DNA from: an uncultured Methanosarcinales archaeon
Lineage (GTDB): Archaea > Halobacteriota > Methanosarcinia > Methanotrichales > Methanotrichaceae
Length of the DNA: 64,000 nucleotides
Direction: 5' to 3'
Assembly (NCBI GenBank): GCA_963843555.1
Contig: CAWJKV010000014.1
Coordinates: forward strand, 96,001 to 160,000
How positions within the stretch are numbered: position 1 is the stretch's first letter; each line of letters opens with the position of its first letter. A model generated the notes under the pieces. The model was given only the letters and a program-made list of their open reading frames with translations. It did no database searches and was not told where the DNA came from. Below are positions 32,976 to 43,337 of the stretch, piece by piece. The translations under genes were made by a program, and so were the position numbers.

Positions 32976-33488
32976 TCAGGATATCTCGGTGATATATTCA
33001 CGTCGATTAATCTTGAATTGATCCGGGCATTCATCGCAGATCACATTCAGCCCTCGGATCTGCTCGCAGGTCAGGGACCCCAGACCTTCTTTCCTGTAGA
33101 TGTTCTCCAGGAGGCTGCCAATGGCGTTCGTATTCGCCCCGGCTTTGATGAGGATTTTCCTTGATTCGGGAAGAGCAAAGCCTGCATCCTTCAGTTCAAA
33201 TCCCAGTGCCATGCCCGTTTTCCAGCCGGAGGGATCAAGTGTTACATCACGAGAGAGAAGCATACGAAGAAAGCAGCCCCGCAGATTGGGGGATCTGTCC
33301 AGTTCGAACTGCTTTCTCACATTCATCTTCAGATCGTCCTCTGATACGTGCCTCTCTTCGAGGCAGGAATTGCAGAGCTTCGGCCCCAACAGCCCGGGTC
33401 CTTCCAGTGCTGCCAAAGTGGATAACCCTCCACAATTTGCGCATGCGTCACCAGAATAATGGACCCTCATCTCATCTAAGAAATCCAT
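32976..33488 (-). CDS. Hypothetical protein with three CxxC pairs
   Basis: CANC, CNSC and CDEC motifs; GAGGG RBS; start overlapped by the upstream small ORF. Confidence 0.6.
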   Translation of the reverse strand: MDFLDEMRVHYSGDACANCGGLSTLAALEGPGLLGPKLCNSCLEERHVSEDDLKMNVRKQFELDRSPNLRGCFLRMLLSRDVTLDPSGWKTGMALGFELKDAGFALPESRKILIKAGANTNAIGSLLENIYRKEGLGSLTCEQIRGLNVICDECPDQFKINRREYITEIS

Positions 33489-33649
33489 GCCACCCTCAGA
33501 AGGCGCAGTTCCATAACCCTAGTCTCCAGAGACTTCACTGTCACATTATGAACTAAGGCTTCTGCTATCAGGTCACCATATCCGTCTGCTGCTTCTTTGA
33601 GAATCCCATCCATCATTTCATCATTTATCATATCTTTAGCGAATTGCAT
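33476..33649 (-). CDS. Small hypothetical protein, 57 aa (MQFAKDMINDEMMDGILKEAADGY...)
   Basis: Manual translation; AT-rich TATA-like region upstream; its stop overlaps the start of the next ORF. Confidence 0.4.
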   Translation of the reverse strand: MQFAKDMINDEMMDGILKEAADGYGDLIAEALVHNVTVKSLETRVMELRLLRVAWIS

Positions 33650-33860
33650 CTCAACACATTTCCTTTTTAAATTTAATTATTATTTCTGTCATAAATAGTT
33701 TCGACTGCTTCCAAGGCCATGGAAGAGTTCGATAGCCAGCCCGACAAGGGCATTGAGAATCAAAAAAGTGCAGGGTTTTGGTCCCGCATCATCTGATCCG
33801 CAAGTTGCGGAAAGCTCTGGTCCTGGCTAGAACAGATCGATTAAAGAATGATCGAATCAA

Positions 33861-34055
33861 TCAGTATCTTCTGGGCGGTCTGGATGAACTGGCAGGCTTA
33901 TGCTTCTGGTAGCAATCGCTGCAGTACACTGGCCGGGATCCATCTGGCTTGAAGGGAACTTGGCATGTCTTGCCGCATTCTGAACAGGTAACGTCGTGCA
34001 TCTCTCTTGGGCCGCTGCTGAAGCCGCCTCTGTTTCCGCTTCCATATTTTTCCAT
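33861..34055 (-). CDS. CxxC-x17-CxxC zinc-ribbon protein
   Basis: REMHDVTCSECGKTCQVPFKPDGSRPVYCSDC. Confidence 0.9.
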   Translation of the reverse strand: MEKYGSGNRGGFSSGPREMHDVTCSECGKTCQVPFKPDGSRPVYCSDCYQKHKPASSSRPPRRY

Positions 34056-34188
34056 TTAAATTCACTTACCGTTTATCGATTCAAGATCGATTTATGCCAC
34101 AAAAAACATCTCAACGAATTCCCTGAATCGACGCTATTGCAACCTTGCATACAGGCCTGCACTGATCTATATACCTGTTGGTCAAAAT

Positions 34189-35159
34189 CTATTCACCGTC
34201 GTTCTTTCGCCTCAACTCAATTCCAGTCCGGTTATCTATTTTCCTTCTTCCCTCTTCCTCTCCCTCTTCCATCTTCAACAGGGCGCTTCTGCTATGCTCC
34301 AATAGTATGGAGACAATGCCTTCCGTCTCGCCCAGGCCGCGTAGCTGCACCTCAACCTCGAAACCCTCCCGCTCCAGGGTGCTCTTCCAGGACTCGGGGG
34401 CCGCTCCTGCGATATCATTTTCGGCATGCCCTCCGGCCACCAGCAGAAAGGGCAGCAGTCTGACCTTTCTCGTCCCGAGGCTCTTTAGCTCTGCCACCAT
34501 TTCAGATAGCCCTGGAAAGCCTTCAATCGTGCCCAGGAAGACGTTGCGGTGATCCTTCTCCAAAACGCGGGCCATAAGAGAGTAGAGGGCATCCGCCGGA
34601 TGGCCTGTGCCGTGGCCCGCCAGAAGCATAGCATCCTTTTGCGGGTCGAGATCGGAGAGGCTCTGCAGCTTGCCCTTCCTCTGCGCTCTCTCCTTCTCCC
34701 CAGCCGGAGCCGTTCCACAAAGCGGGCAGGACTCTGGAGACCCTGTCGGCAGTCTTCCAGGCTCGAGAGGAGAGGCAGGCCGATCTCCAGCCGTTCGAAG
34801 TCGGGCTCTGCCCCATGAACTGTAAGATCCTGCACCAGTGAAGCTAACAGGTGAAACTCAGACCCCGGCACGATCTGCAGGGATTGGATGACCACACTCC
34901 TGCATCCCGAGGAGTGCAGCTCCGCAAGCGCTTCCAGAGGGCTGGCGACGGTGATCCCCTCCTTCTCCCGCAATCTCTTTATCATGAGCCTGGAGGTGAA
35001 GGCCAGCCTGACAAGGGTGCCGGGGAACTCGAGCTCGTAGGCTTTCCGCATGCGCTCATAGGTTGCCAGGGCCCGAGTTGAAAGAGAGCCGTAGGGCGCG
35101 AGGACAATTGCGGGTTTTTTCAGGGATGGCATCCGATCAACTCCGTTGTTGCAGTTCAA
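34189..35159 (-). CDS. cbiK: Sirohydrochlorin cobaltochelatase CbiK-like (frameshifted)
   Basis: AIVLAPYGS, AFTSRLM, QSLQIVPGSEF, LAGHGTGHPA, PFLLVAGGHAENDIAG...SWKS. Confidence 0.85.
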
Positions 35160-35597
35160 TCATCAGAATAGAATCTGCTTCCGCTACTCTTCTTTTGACT
35201 TGCCCTCGAACTCCTGAAAAGTTCGCAGCGCCGGATGCCAGGACCTTTGTCTGGCCGATGATGGCGGCGATGAAGACTGCATCCAGGATCTCGTCCTCGC
35301 TCGCGCCCGCGCGCGCTGCGGCGCTCATGTGCACCTTCAGGCACTTGTCCGCGCCAGAGCTTGCGGCTGCGGCCACGGCCAGCAGCTCCGCGGTCTTGGG
35401 GTCGAGGCTTTTGGGCCGCAGGGCATAGAAGTCCTTCAGGCTGGAGAAGATCATGAACTCCGGGCGGCGGGCCATGACCTGCAGGATGAAGGGCACGGTG
35501 CCCAGCATCTGTTCGGTGTCGTCGAAGATGTCCTCCTGCAGAGAGTCGCTGATTGCTCCAGGAGGGCTTTGATGAGGTCTTTGTTTTCGGGTTTCAT
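35137..35597 (-). CDS. Carboxymuconolactone decarboxylase (CMD/AhpD-like) family protein (frameshift near the 5' end)
   Basis: LDPKTAELLAVAAAA...CLKVHM.AA..AGASEDEI; ATG at 35597 directly follows the stop of the TPR gene. Confidence 0.85.
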
Positions 35598-37050
35598 TTA
35601 ATCACGTATGCTTTCATTTTCCCATTCTTGCAGCTTTCGCCTTATCTTCTCGGCATGTGGATCTTCGATCTCTTCAAGAATTTTGAGAGCGGCTTTGGCA
35701 CAGTCAATATGCTTTCGCTCTCTGGCCAAGTTGATCTAAAGCAAGACTCATGTTCCATAGAGCGTTTCCTTCTCCTCTTCTGTCCCCGATCTCGCGGGAG
35801 AGCTTTAAGGCCTGCTCGTAGTACTCGATGGCCTTGCGGACATCGCCCAAGGTCGGCGTAGCCGCGCCCAGGTTGCCCAGGTCGGTCCCTTCACCGCCTC
35901 GGTCGCCGATCTCGCGGGCGATGGCCAGCGCCTGCTCGTAGTACTCGATGGCCTTGTGGAGCATCGCCCAGGTCGGCGTAGGCCAGCCCAGGTTGCCCAG
36001 GTTTGCACCTTCACCCCTTCTGTCCCCTATCTCGCGGGCGATGGCCAGTGCCTGCTCGTAGTACTCGATGGCCTTGCGGACATCGCCCAGGTCGGCGTAG
36101 GCATTGCCCAGGTTGCCCAGTGCATTTCCTTCACCCCTTCTGTCCCCGATCTCGCGGGCGATCGCCAGGGCCTGCTCGTAGTACTCGATGGCCTTGCGGA
36201 CATCGCCCAGGTCGGCGTAGGCATTGCCCAGGTTGCCTAAGCCATGCTCCTTCACTTCTTCTGTCCCCGATCTCGCGGGCGATGGTCAGCGCCTGCTCGT
36301 GGTACTCGATGGCCTTGCGGACATCGCCCAAGGCGTAGTAGGCATTGCCTAGATTGCCTCAGTGCGATTCCTTCGCCCCTTCGGTCACCGATCTCGCAAG
36401 CTATGGCCAGAGCCTGCTCGAAGCACTCGATGGCCTTGCATTGCTCACTTAACAAAGAATGAACTGTACCCAGCTCATTCAGGATATTTGCTCTCTCTCT
36501 CTGATCACTAATCTTCTCCAACAAGTACTCGTTAATGCTCTTGCGCCTCAGCAATTCCTCTTTGTTCTGATAGCTGAAGTCGAGTGGCATAGACAGCGCC
36601 TCTATGGCTTGATAGGCCTGCCCATGATCTTCACCTTTCAGTATGTGGTATCCGCCTCTGTACCTCCAGAAGTCGGGAGCTTGCCAGATCACATCATCCA
36701 GCGCCGCTGGAGTCATGAAGATCAGGCTCGGCACGCCTGCATCGTAAAAAAGCTCGCGAAAGTTGTTTAGAGCATCTAAAATATCTTTGCTAAGCGTCTC
36801 GGGAAGAATCCATACCAGGATCTCCTCTTCCATCGGCCTGAATGCTCCGAAGATCGGAGATGAGACAATCACCATTCTCTACCGCCACGATTCTGGCAGG
36901 AAATCGTGCCTTTATAACTTCAATTACCTTCTCTCGATAAGCAGGAGATGCGACTGTGCAGAGAATGAGGTTTCCTTTCCCCTGAGAGATCTTCAGCTCC
37001 GTGAGCAGGAGATCGATCTCATCCAGATCCTCTAGGGAGAGCGGCTCCAT
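35598..37050 (-). CDS. TPR protein with a degenerate NTPase-like N-terminal domain (several frameshifts)
   Basis: N-terminal region with LNNFRE...P.LIF....APDFWRYR and no Walker A; about seven 40-aa TPR units; reconstructed C-terminus ...EIEDPHAEKIRRKLQEWENESIRD. Confidence 0.85.
35740..36430 (-). repeat. 120-nt tandem repeats encoding near-identical TPR units
   Basis: GCCTGCTCGT(A/G)GTACTCGATGGCCTTG recurs about every 120 nt. Confidence 0.93.
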
Positions 37051-38297
37051 TTCTCCACCAGGGGAAGCAGCATGGGGTCGATCTCGCACCATCTTCCCTC
37101 TTCATCCTCGTATTCGACGGCAGTCAGGCTGAAGAGCAGCTCACGGGTCAGAACTGAATCCGGCCCTTCTTCTCTGGCCTCCTTGCAGCTGTTGATCTCC
37201 AGCAGCTTCTTCTTATGGGCCTCGGTGAGGGTTCGATCATAGGTCATTCTCAGCTTCTCAAGAGCGGAGGCGACGTCATTGTTGGATATGCGCTTCTGAC
37301 CCTTGCGAAAAGCGTTAAGCGATGCCTCTTTCATCACTTCCACCAGCTCGGAAAGCTTGCCGGTGGACACGATTGCCTGCTCCAGAACATTCTCCTCCAG
37401 GAGATCCAGCTCTATCCTCCGGGAAATTACATCCGAGTAAAACTTACGCCCTTCTATGTGCGGATCTCCGTTTCTCTTCCTTACCGGCATTTGCAGAAGG
37501 ATCACATCACCGTCGAAGGCATGCCTGACGTTCTCGTACTGGGGATGAAAGGCCAGGGGTATGGGAAATGTGTAAACCACAAAGCAGCTCGGCTCGATCA
37601 AGAGCTGATAATTCTTATAGAAAAATTCCTCCGACTGCTGTCCTCTGGTTAATTTATCCAGATCGTCAACAATGATCACCAGCTCTTTTCCCGACTTTTC
37701 TTCGATGTCTATTATGAGCCAGTTGAGCCTCTGAATGAGATCGCTGATCTTCTGATCCAGCTCCTTCCTGAGGCACTGACGGGTCGTGGCCTCCCGGCTG
37801 AGCTTGAGGATGACGATCTGACTCCAGGAGAGACCGGCTGAGCTCTGGCTGGTTACCTCCTCCTCGGTTATGCTCGTTATTCGCTTGGTGAAATCCTGGA
37901 AATCCTTCTCGATGTCGGGATGGAGAGTTATTCCTTCCACTCTGGCGATGTCGTAGACTTTGAGCGCCATGGAAACAAAGAAGTCGCGAAAATCGAAGTC
38001 GCTTAAATTAAGATCATCCCGGATGGAGTAGTTCACCACCAGAAAGCGGCTCTTATCCAGTGCCGCCTCCAGGCGGTACAGCTCTGTGCTCTTTCCAGAA
38101 CCCCGGAAGCCCAGGAACAGATATTTTTCCCTGCGGCTGGCAAGCTCAATTCGGTCTCTTAAATCCAGCATGGGTGAGACAGAGCCCGGCCGCTCGACAT
38201 AGAAATCCGCGATCTCCTGATCCTCTTTTAGCGGCTCGACGTAAAAATTGTTGTAAGCCTCTTTCAAATCCTTTGCCCTGGGCATGACATCAACCAC
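37032..38297 (-). CDS. P-loop ATPase (AAA/STAND-like), translationally coupled to the TPR gene
   Basis: FYVER, Walker A GFRGSGKST, Walker B VIIVDDLDK; 3' end overlaps the TPR start by 19 nt. Confidence 0.9.
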   Translation of the reverse strand: MVDVMPRAKDLKEAYNNFYVEPLKEDQEIADFYVERPGSVSPMLDLRDRIELASRREKYLFLGFRGSGKSTELYRLEAALDKSRFLVVNYSIRDDLNLSDFDFRDFFVSMALKVYDIARVEGITLHPDIEKDFQDFTKRITSITEEEVTSQSSAGLSWSQIVILKLSREATTRQCLRKELDQKISDLIQRLNWLIIDIEEKSGKELVIIVDDLDKLTRGQQSEEFFYKNYQLLIEPSCFVVYTFPIPLAFHPQYENVRHAFDGDVILLQMPVRKRNGDPHIEGRKFYSDVISRRIELDLLEENVLEQAIVSTGKLSELVEVMKEASLNAFRKGQKRISNNDVASALEKLRMTYDRTLTEAHKKKLLEINSCKEAREEGPDSVLTRELLFSLTAVEYEDEEGRWCEIDPMLLPLVEKWSRSP

Positions 38298-38371
38298 GAT
38301 CTCCTTTCATCGTACTAACAGATAACATTTTTGAACCATTTTGCTACTTTCACCATTTTTAGATTACATTT

Positions 38372-38963
38372 TCAGCAAACCATCTTCTCATAGCAGTCCT
38401 TGCAGACCACCTTTCCCTTGGCCGTCCTCCCCAGGATCTCCATAAAGGCCTCGCCGCACTCCTGGCATTGCAGCGAAGGATAGATGCGGGCCTTCTCGGG
38501 TGCAGGAATATCAACCTCCCTAACCGAGAGTACATCCTCGTCTTTGGCGCCTGAGAATATCCTCAATGACCTTGGACCTCAGACCTTCCATCTCCTTCTT
38601 CTCCTCCGGCCCGAGCTCGCCTCTTGCGGCCTTTTGTCGCAGGGCATCCATGCGCTTGAAGACATTGCCCTTGAAATAGATGCGCAGTGCCTTGTCATTA
38701 TCGCGAGAATAGACCGTGAACACCTGTTTTCCGTTGTCAATCAGGATCAGATTGCCTTTGCCGGCTGTGCAGCCCAGGAGTGATTGTACGGCATCCACGC
38801 TGCAGGATTTGTTCTCGGCAATGCAGACCAGTTCCTCGTCCTTCGACCTGGGGTAGTGCTCCCTCACATATTTCGCCACCCGGTAGCCCATGGCCAGGCC
38901 CGGGCATATGTGGCCGTGAAACTCAGCGGCCTTCTTGAAGTCATCATCCATTTTTGTTATCAC
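38372..38963 (-). CDS. FmdE family protein with a C-terminal zinc finger (frameshifted)
   Basis: FHGHICPGLAMGYR, ENKSCSVDAVQ..LGCTAGKGNL, C..CGE.FME...VCKDC. Confidence 0.9.
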
Positions 38964-39139
38964 CTGAAACTTATAGAGCGAAATTTCAATCTGCCTCTCT
39001 TTAGGCTGGCAGGGGATAAGTAAAGAGCGGTCGCCGGATTATTCCAGCTCTTCGCCACTTAATGCGAGCGAGGTTATGATTTCGGGCGGTGATCCAAGAT
39101 AGGTTGGAGTTCTTTATTCCAGTCTGCTAAATTTCATTA

Positions 39140-40060
39140 TCCTTGGCCCAGCATACCCGCCCTAGGAACCTCGACCGGGGTACTCATCAAGCAATAAACT
39201 GTAAGTGCCGCTGTACTTGGAATCAGTGATAACCATATAGCCTTCAGCTACCTGTATCTCATCTTCCACCGATATGGTCACAACTGTATGCCCACGATAG
39301 AAGCTGCATCTCCTGAACCTGATCTGGAACCTGGACTGGCCAGGCTCGCTTCCAGAGTCGATTTGTCTTCTGAGGATTCAAATGTGATATTTATCAGCCG
39401 ATAACTATCGTTGTTGAGCCTTAGGTTTCCCCTCAGGATCGCATCCCTTTCTCCAGCTCTCGCTTGGGATCTCACATCTTCAAGACTCAAGTTTGATGCG
39501 AGGAGATTTCTCGCTTCATCCGGGTCCACAGTCCAGATAGTCTCCACATTTAGCCTGATGGGATGGGATTCGTCGACTTTAGTCGCAATTCCTCGCCAAT
39601 TCTGGACCACGACATCGACAGTCCCGTCACCGATATCATTGGTTATCGCATGAGCATCTGCGGCAATGGCGTCACTGGAACCGTTTACGGAGTTGATATT
39701 TGCTCCACCCGGTCATGCCCATTTGCGGTGATGATGTTTCACCCATTTGCGGTGATGATGTTCCACCCATTTGCGGTGATGATGTTCCACCCATTTGCGG
39801 TGATGATGTTCCACCCATTTGCGGTGATGACGTTCCACCCATTTGCGGTGATGATGCTTCCACCCATTTGCGGTGATGATGTTCCACCCGTTTGCGGTGA
39901 TGATGTTCCACCCGCTTGCGGTGATGACGTTCCACCCATTTGCGGGTGATGTTTCACCCATATGCTGTGCTGATGAGCCTGAGCAGCTAATTACCAGTAA
40001 TAATATTGCCAGATAGAAAGAGATCAATTCCTGGCACCGTGTTCGCATCATTTCAGTCAT
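39140..40060 (-). CDS. Secreted hypothetical protein with (MGGTSSPQ)n repeats, frameshifted; 3' end approximate
   Basis: The signal peptide ends AQHMGETS, matching the repeat frame; the protein continues into the 39278-39610 fragment. Confidence 0.6.
39721..39959. repeat. Ten tandem copies of a 24-nt unit (ATTTGCGGTGATGATGTTCCACCC)
   Basis: Read directly; no spacers; two copies carry indels. Confidence 0.95.
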
Positions 40061-40156
40061 TTCACGTCCTGCCAGGTAATATAGGTTGTTATAGGGTGTC
40101 GGGGGCAATTCGCCCCTTTGACATCCTATTGGCGCTTAATATGCTATATATTTCAG

Positions 40157-40462
40157 TTAGTCTTGGCAGCTACCGTCACGGGCTCGGTCCGGGCTTGGTC
40201 ACCGTCATGGTCGCCGTCTGGATTTCAATTCTCCGGGTTTCCATGCTGGTTGCCTAGTCCGTCTTGGTCTCCATTCGGGCAGTCAGTGGTGCAGCCACAG
40301 TCCTCGCCGCAGTTTCCATTCTGTGCGATTCCATTCTGTGCTGCGATTCCATTCTGCACTGCGATTCCATTCTGTGCTCGCATTTCCATTCTGTGCTGCC
40401 AGGGCAGGAAACGCCAGAAGGCAGGCAACTAATAGAGCAGACAATATAGCTACGTACTTCAT
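40157..40462 (-). CDS. Small secreted protein with 18-nt (AAQNGI) repeats and a Cys/Asp-rich tail, probably ending RDGSCQD (frameshifted)
   Basis: GGAGG RBS; signal MKYVAILSALLVACLLAFPALA; AQNG repeats; CGEDCGCTTDC. Confidence 0.55.
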
Positions 40463-40580
40463 TTTGTACAAACCTCCAATTTGGGATGACTTAATAGCCA
40501 TCCTCAAATTACCCATAGCATCGAACGATACAAAAAACCCAAGCCGAACGAGGATTGGATTGCGGTCTCGCAGCAAACGC

Positions 40581-41675
40581 CTAAGATCGTTCTTTAGGGT
40601 TCAAAAATCGCTCTGATAATTCTATAACGTTCGTTCTGCCTTTTTCTTTTTTGGTTATTAAATTTCGCTTCTCCATCGAGGTTAAAATGCCTGAAAGAGA
40701 CGATTTGGAGATATCCATCTCATACCTGATCTCTGTCTGGGTCATCGTCCCTCCGCGCTGCAACAGACCCTTCAATATGGACTGCTCTTTATCCGTCAGC
40801 GTATCCATCACCATGGAAATCTCGCTGGTCAATTCGATGCCTCCTCTGCGCTTTTTGTCTGGCCCGGAAGCCTCTGAGGTTTCCGATATTCTTGAACTGC
40901 TTTCTGTATCTTCATTTAGGGGTATCGCCGGAGGGTTAGAATCGATGTGCTGCTCGATTGGAGCGGGCAAATCCAATTGTCTTGGGCCTGATGATGCAGG
41001 CGCGACCGCATACTTAGGATGGCTCGATGCATTCTTCAGGCTTCACAGATTCAAACCAGGATCTCTGCAGAAAGATCAGTAGGCCAGAGCATGCAACCAG
41101 TAAAAGAAACATGGCTATTGTCGGATACGAGTTTCCAACAACTGCGCCTGTGACTATATCCGCTTCTGCCCCAGGCACTTCGGCAAGCAGGAGAATATAA
41201 TCAATATTGACAGCAGGATTTGTGATATCATGCCCCTGGACTTCTGCTATGACAGATTTATTGGATGCATAAACTGATAATCAAGCCCTGAAGAGCAATT
41301 TACCCCACTCAGCTTTGCATTCAGCTGGGAGGTAGAACATGATCCTGTACTCATCATAGTCTCCCCTCCGAATTAAATCTCAGTTTCCAGTTATCTCCGG
41401 ACTTTGAGGTGAGGATATTGGTGATGGCATATAGCTGTTTGCTATCGTTCCTCATACGTATACTCTGAGGAGTTCAAAAATGCCAGGGATCCTGGATTCT
41501 CTACGTAACCATTGATCAAGCTCTTGCCTCTATCGTCGACATATACATTCAGGACGAGCTGATTCAGTTCTTGGCTATCATCCGGTCCATCCTGGCTGAA
41601 TGCAGCGCCGAGAGTGATCGAAGTGAAGAGGATAGACACTAAAATCAAACCGATCGAGAAGTCCGGCCTGTGCAT
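40581..41675 (-). CDS. Membrane-anchored protein with an extracytoplasmic N-domain and C-terminal wHTH (COG2512-like), frameshifted
   Basis: N-terminal signal/TM; C-terminal LTDKEQSILK.L...GGTMTQTEI.....ISKSSLS.IL..MEKR.LI.K...GRTNVIEL. Confidence 0.75.
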
Positions 41676-41834
41676 ATACCTATCCTATTACAGACTGCAA
41701 CTTAAACCTGATGGAGGAATACCTTCTCCGGACCCGTGTGAGATTCTGCGCCAAATCGCACTCGGGATAGCGGGAATTTTTCATGCAGCTTCGAAGCGAA
41801 ACAAAGATAGCCGCAGCCTGCCATACTTCATCTC

Positions 41835-42132
41835 ATGCAGATTGGACGCAAAGCCAAGCCCGAATCGCCGGAGGAGATGGCACTGGTGCATCACGCCCTG
41901 GAAAACCCCATTCGCAGAAAGATGATCATCCTCATGAACCAGGGAGTTTTGAGCGTGCCCGAGATCGCAAAGGCTGTGGGCGAGAGCATGCTCGACTATC
42001 ACCTGCAACCGGCTGGAGCTGGCGGGCTTGATCGAGGTGCACGAGGAGCGAATAGTGCTGACAGAAGCGGGTGTGGCCTATGGCGGCCTGGTGAAGGCGC
42101 AGAAGGAGAAGGGCGGGGCGGACAAGATATAG
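41835..42132 (+). CDS. Small ArsR-like wHTH protein (one frameshift)
   Basis: HALENPIRRKMI...LDYHL..LELAGLIEV. Confidence 0.75.
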
Positions 42133-42168
42133 TGTCTATTCACGGTCAATGAGATATGAGGTAAAGAA

Positions 42169-42909
42169 ATGGACGTCATCTTTCTCGGCACCAACGGCTG
42201 GTACGATAGCTGCACCGGCAACACCATCTGCACCCTCATCAACTCCGAAAAGTACCACATCATCCTCGATGCGGGCAACGGCATCTACAAGGCCGATCGC
42301 TACATCCATGACGATCTGCCGGTCTACCTCTTCCTCAGCCACTTCCATCTGGACCACATCGAGGGCCTGCATATCCTCAACAAGTTCCGTTTCTCGCAAG
42401 GCCTGAAGATCTTCGGCCAGAAGGGGACCAGAGCGGTATTGAATACCATTATCAACGAGCCTTTCACAGTTCCCCTGGATAAGCTGCCCTACCCTGTCGA
42501 GGTTGGCGAGCTCTCCGAAGGGCCTTACAAGATGCCCTTTGCCATGGAGTGCGAGTTTCTGGTGCATGCCTCACCTACCCTGGGATTCAGATTCGATCTG
42601 GACGGAAAGATCCTGGCCTACTGCCCGGATACAGGCGTCTGCGATAACGCCGTTCATCTGGCCCAGGATGCCGACCTGCTCATCACGGAGTGCTCCCATA
42701 AGCCCGGTGAGCAAAATCCGCAGTGGCCGCACCTCAACCCGCAGGATGCCGCCGATATCGCGCGCCGTGCCGGGGCGAAAAGGCTGGCGCTCACTCACTT
42801 CGACTCTGGGCGCTACCTCACTATTCAGGAGCGTCTGGATGCTGTGGCGACCGTCAAGGGCTTCGAGGGTATAGTAGTAGGACGCGACGGGCTGGTGCTT
42901 AATCTATAG
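42169..42909 (+). CDS. Metallo-beta-lactamase fold hydrolase, RNase Z-like
   Basis: FLGTNG, LDAGNG, SHFHLDHIEG, YCPDTG, DLLITEC, LALTHFD. Confidence 0.9.
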   Translation: MDVIFLGTNGWYDSCTGNTICTLINSEKYHIILDAGNGIYKADRYIHDDLPVYLFLSHFHLDHIEGLHILNKFRFSQGLKIFGQKGTRAVLNTIINEPFTVPLDKLPYPVEVGELSEGPYKMPFAMECEFLVHASPTLGFRFDLDGKILAYCPDTGVCDNAVHLAQDADLLITECSHKPGEQNPQWPHLNPQDAADIARRAGAKRLALTHFDSGRYLTIQERLDAVATVKGFEGIVVGRDGLVLNL

Positions 42910-43069
42910 CGTGTAAATCGAGTCGATGATGTAAAAGCATCTCGATCGTTCTCCATCAATAATGGCATGTGAGCTGTTCGGATATGCACTCAATCTGGAC
43001 TTCGTAGATGCAAAGAAAGGATAGCATCCGCGCATTCTTCCGGGGTTCCGCGAGTCGGCCTGCGGGCCG

Positions 43070-43119
43070 CGCCAACGAGCCGCTCAAGGCCGCGGCCGGC
43101 CGAGCGACGGCGGTTAAAC
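43070..43119 (+). other. Degenerate integron attC-like site
   Basis: CGCCAAC ... GTTAAAC outer boxes with an inner bulged stem GCCGCTC / GAGCGACGGC, in a GC-rich intergenic patch; only 50 bp. Confidence 0.3.
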
Positions 43120-43337
43120 TGTAGACCATCTGTATGTCCCATTGCTTAGATGAAGCCACCTCTTTTCGGATGCAAATCGAAGTTTATGATGTCAAAGCAA
43201 TTCGATTTTCATTTGCCACGTTTGAGCCCGTGTCCCGGGGTCCAGTGAGAGCATAGAAGGCCTCACTGGCAGCTTGCTACTCTTCCCAGGCTGTCGGCTC
43301 TGAGTCTCCCAGGACGCCTTCGTCTACCACTCCTTCT

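Noticed and set aside
39721..39959. 24-nt repeats as a CRISPR array, or as a His-rich (VEHHHRKW)n metal-binding protein
   Set aside because: Units are contiguous with no spacers and no cas genes are present. The signal peptide enters the array in the MG(E/G)TSSPQ frame, so the His-rich frame is probably a shadow.
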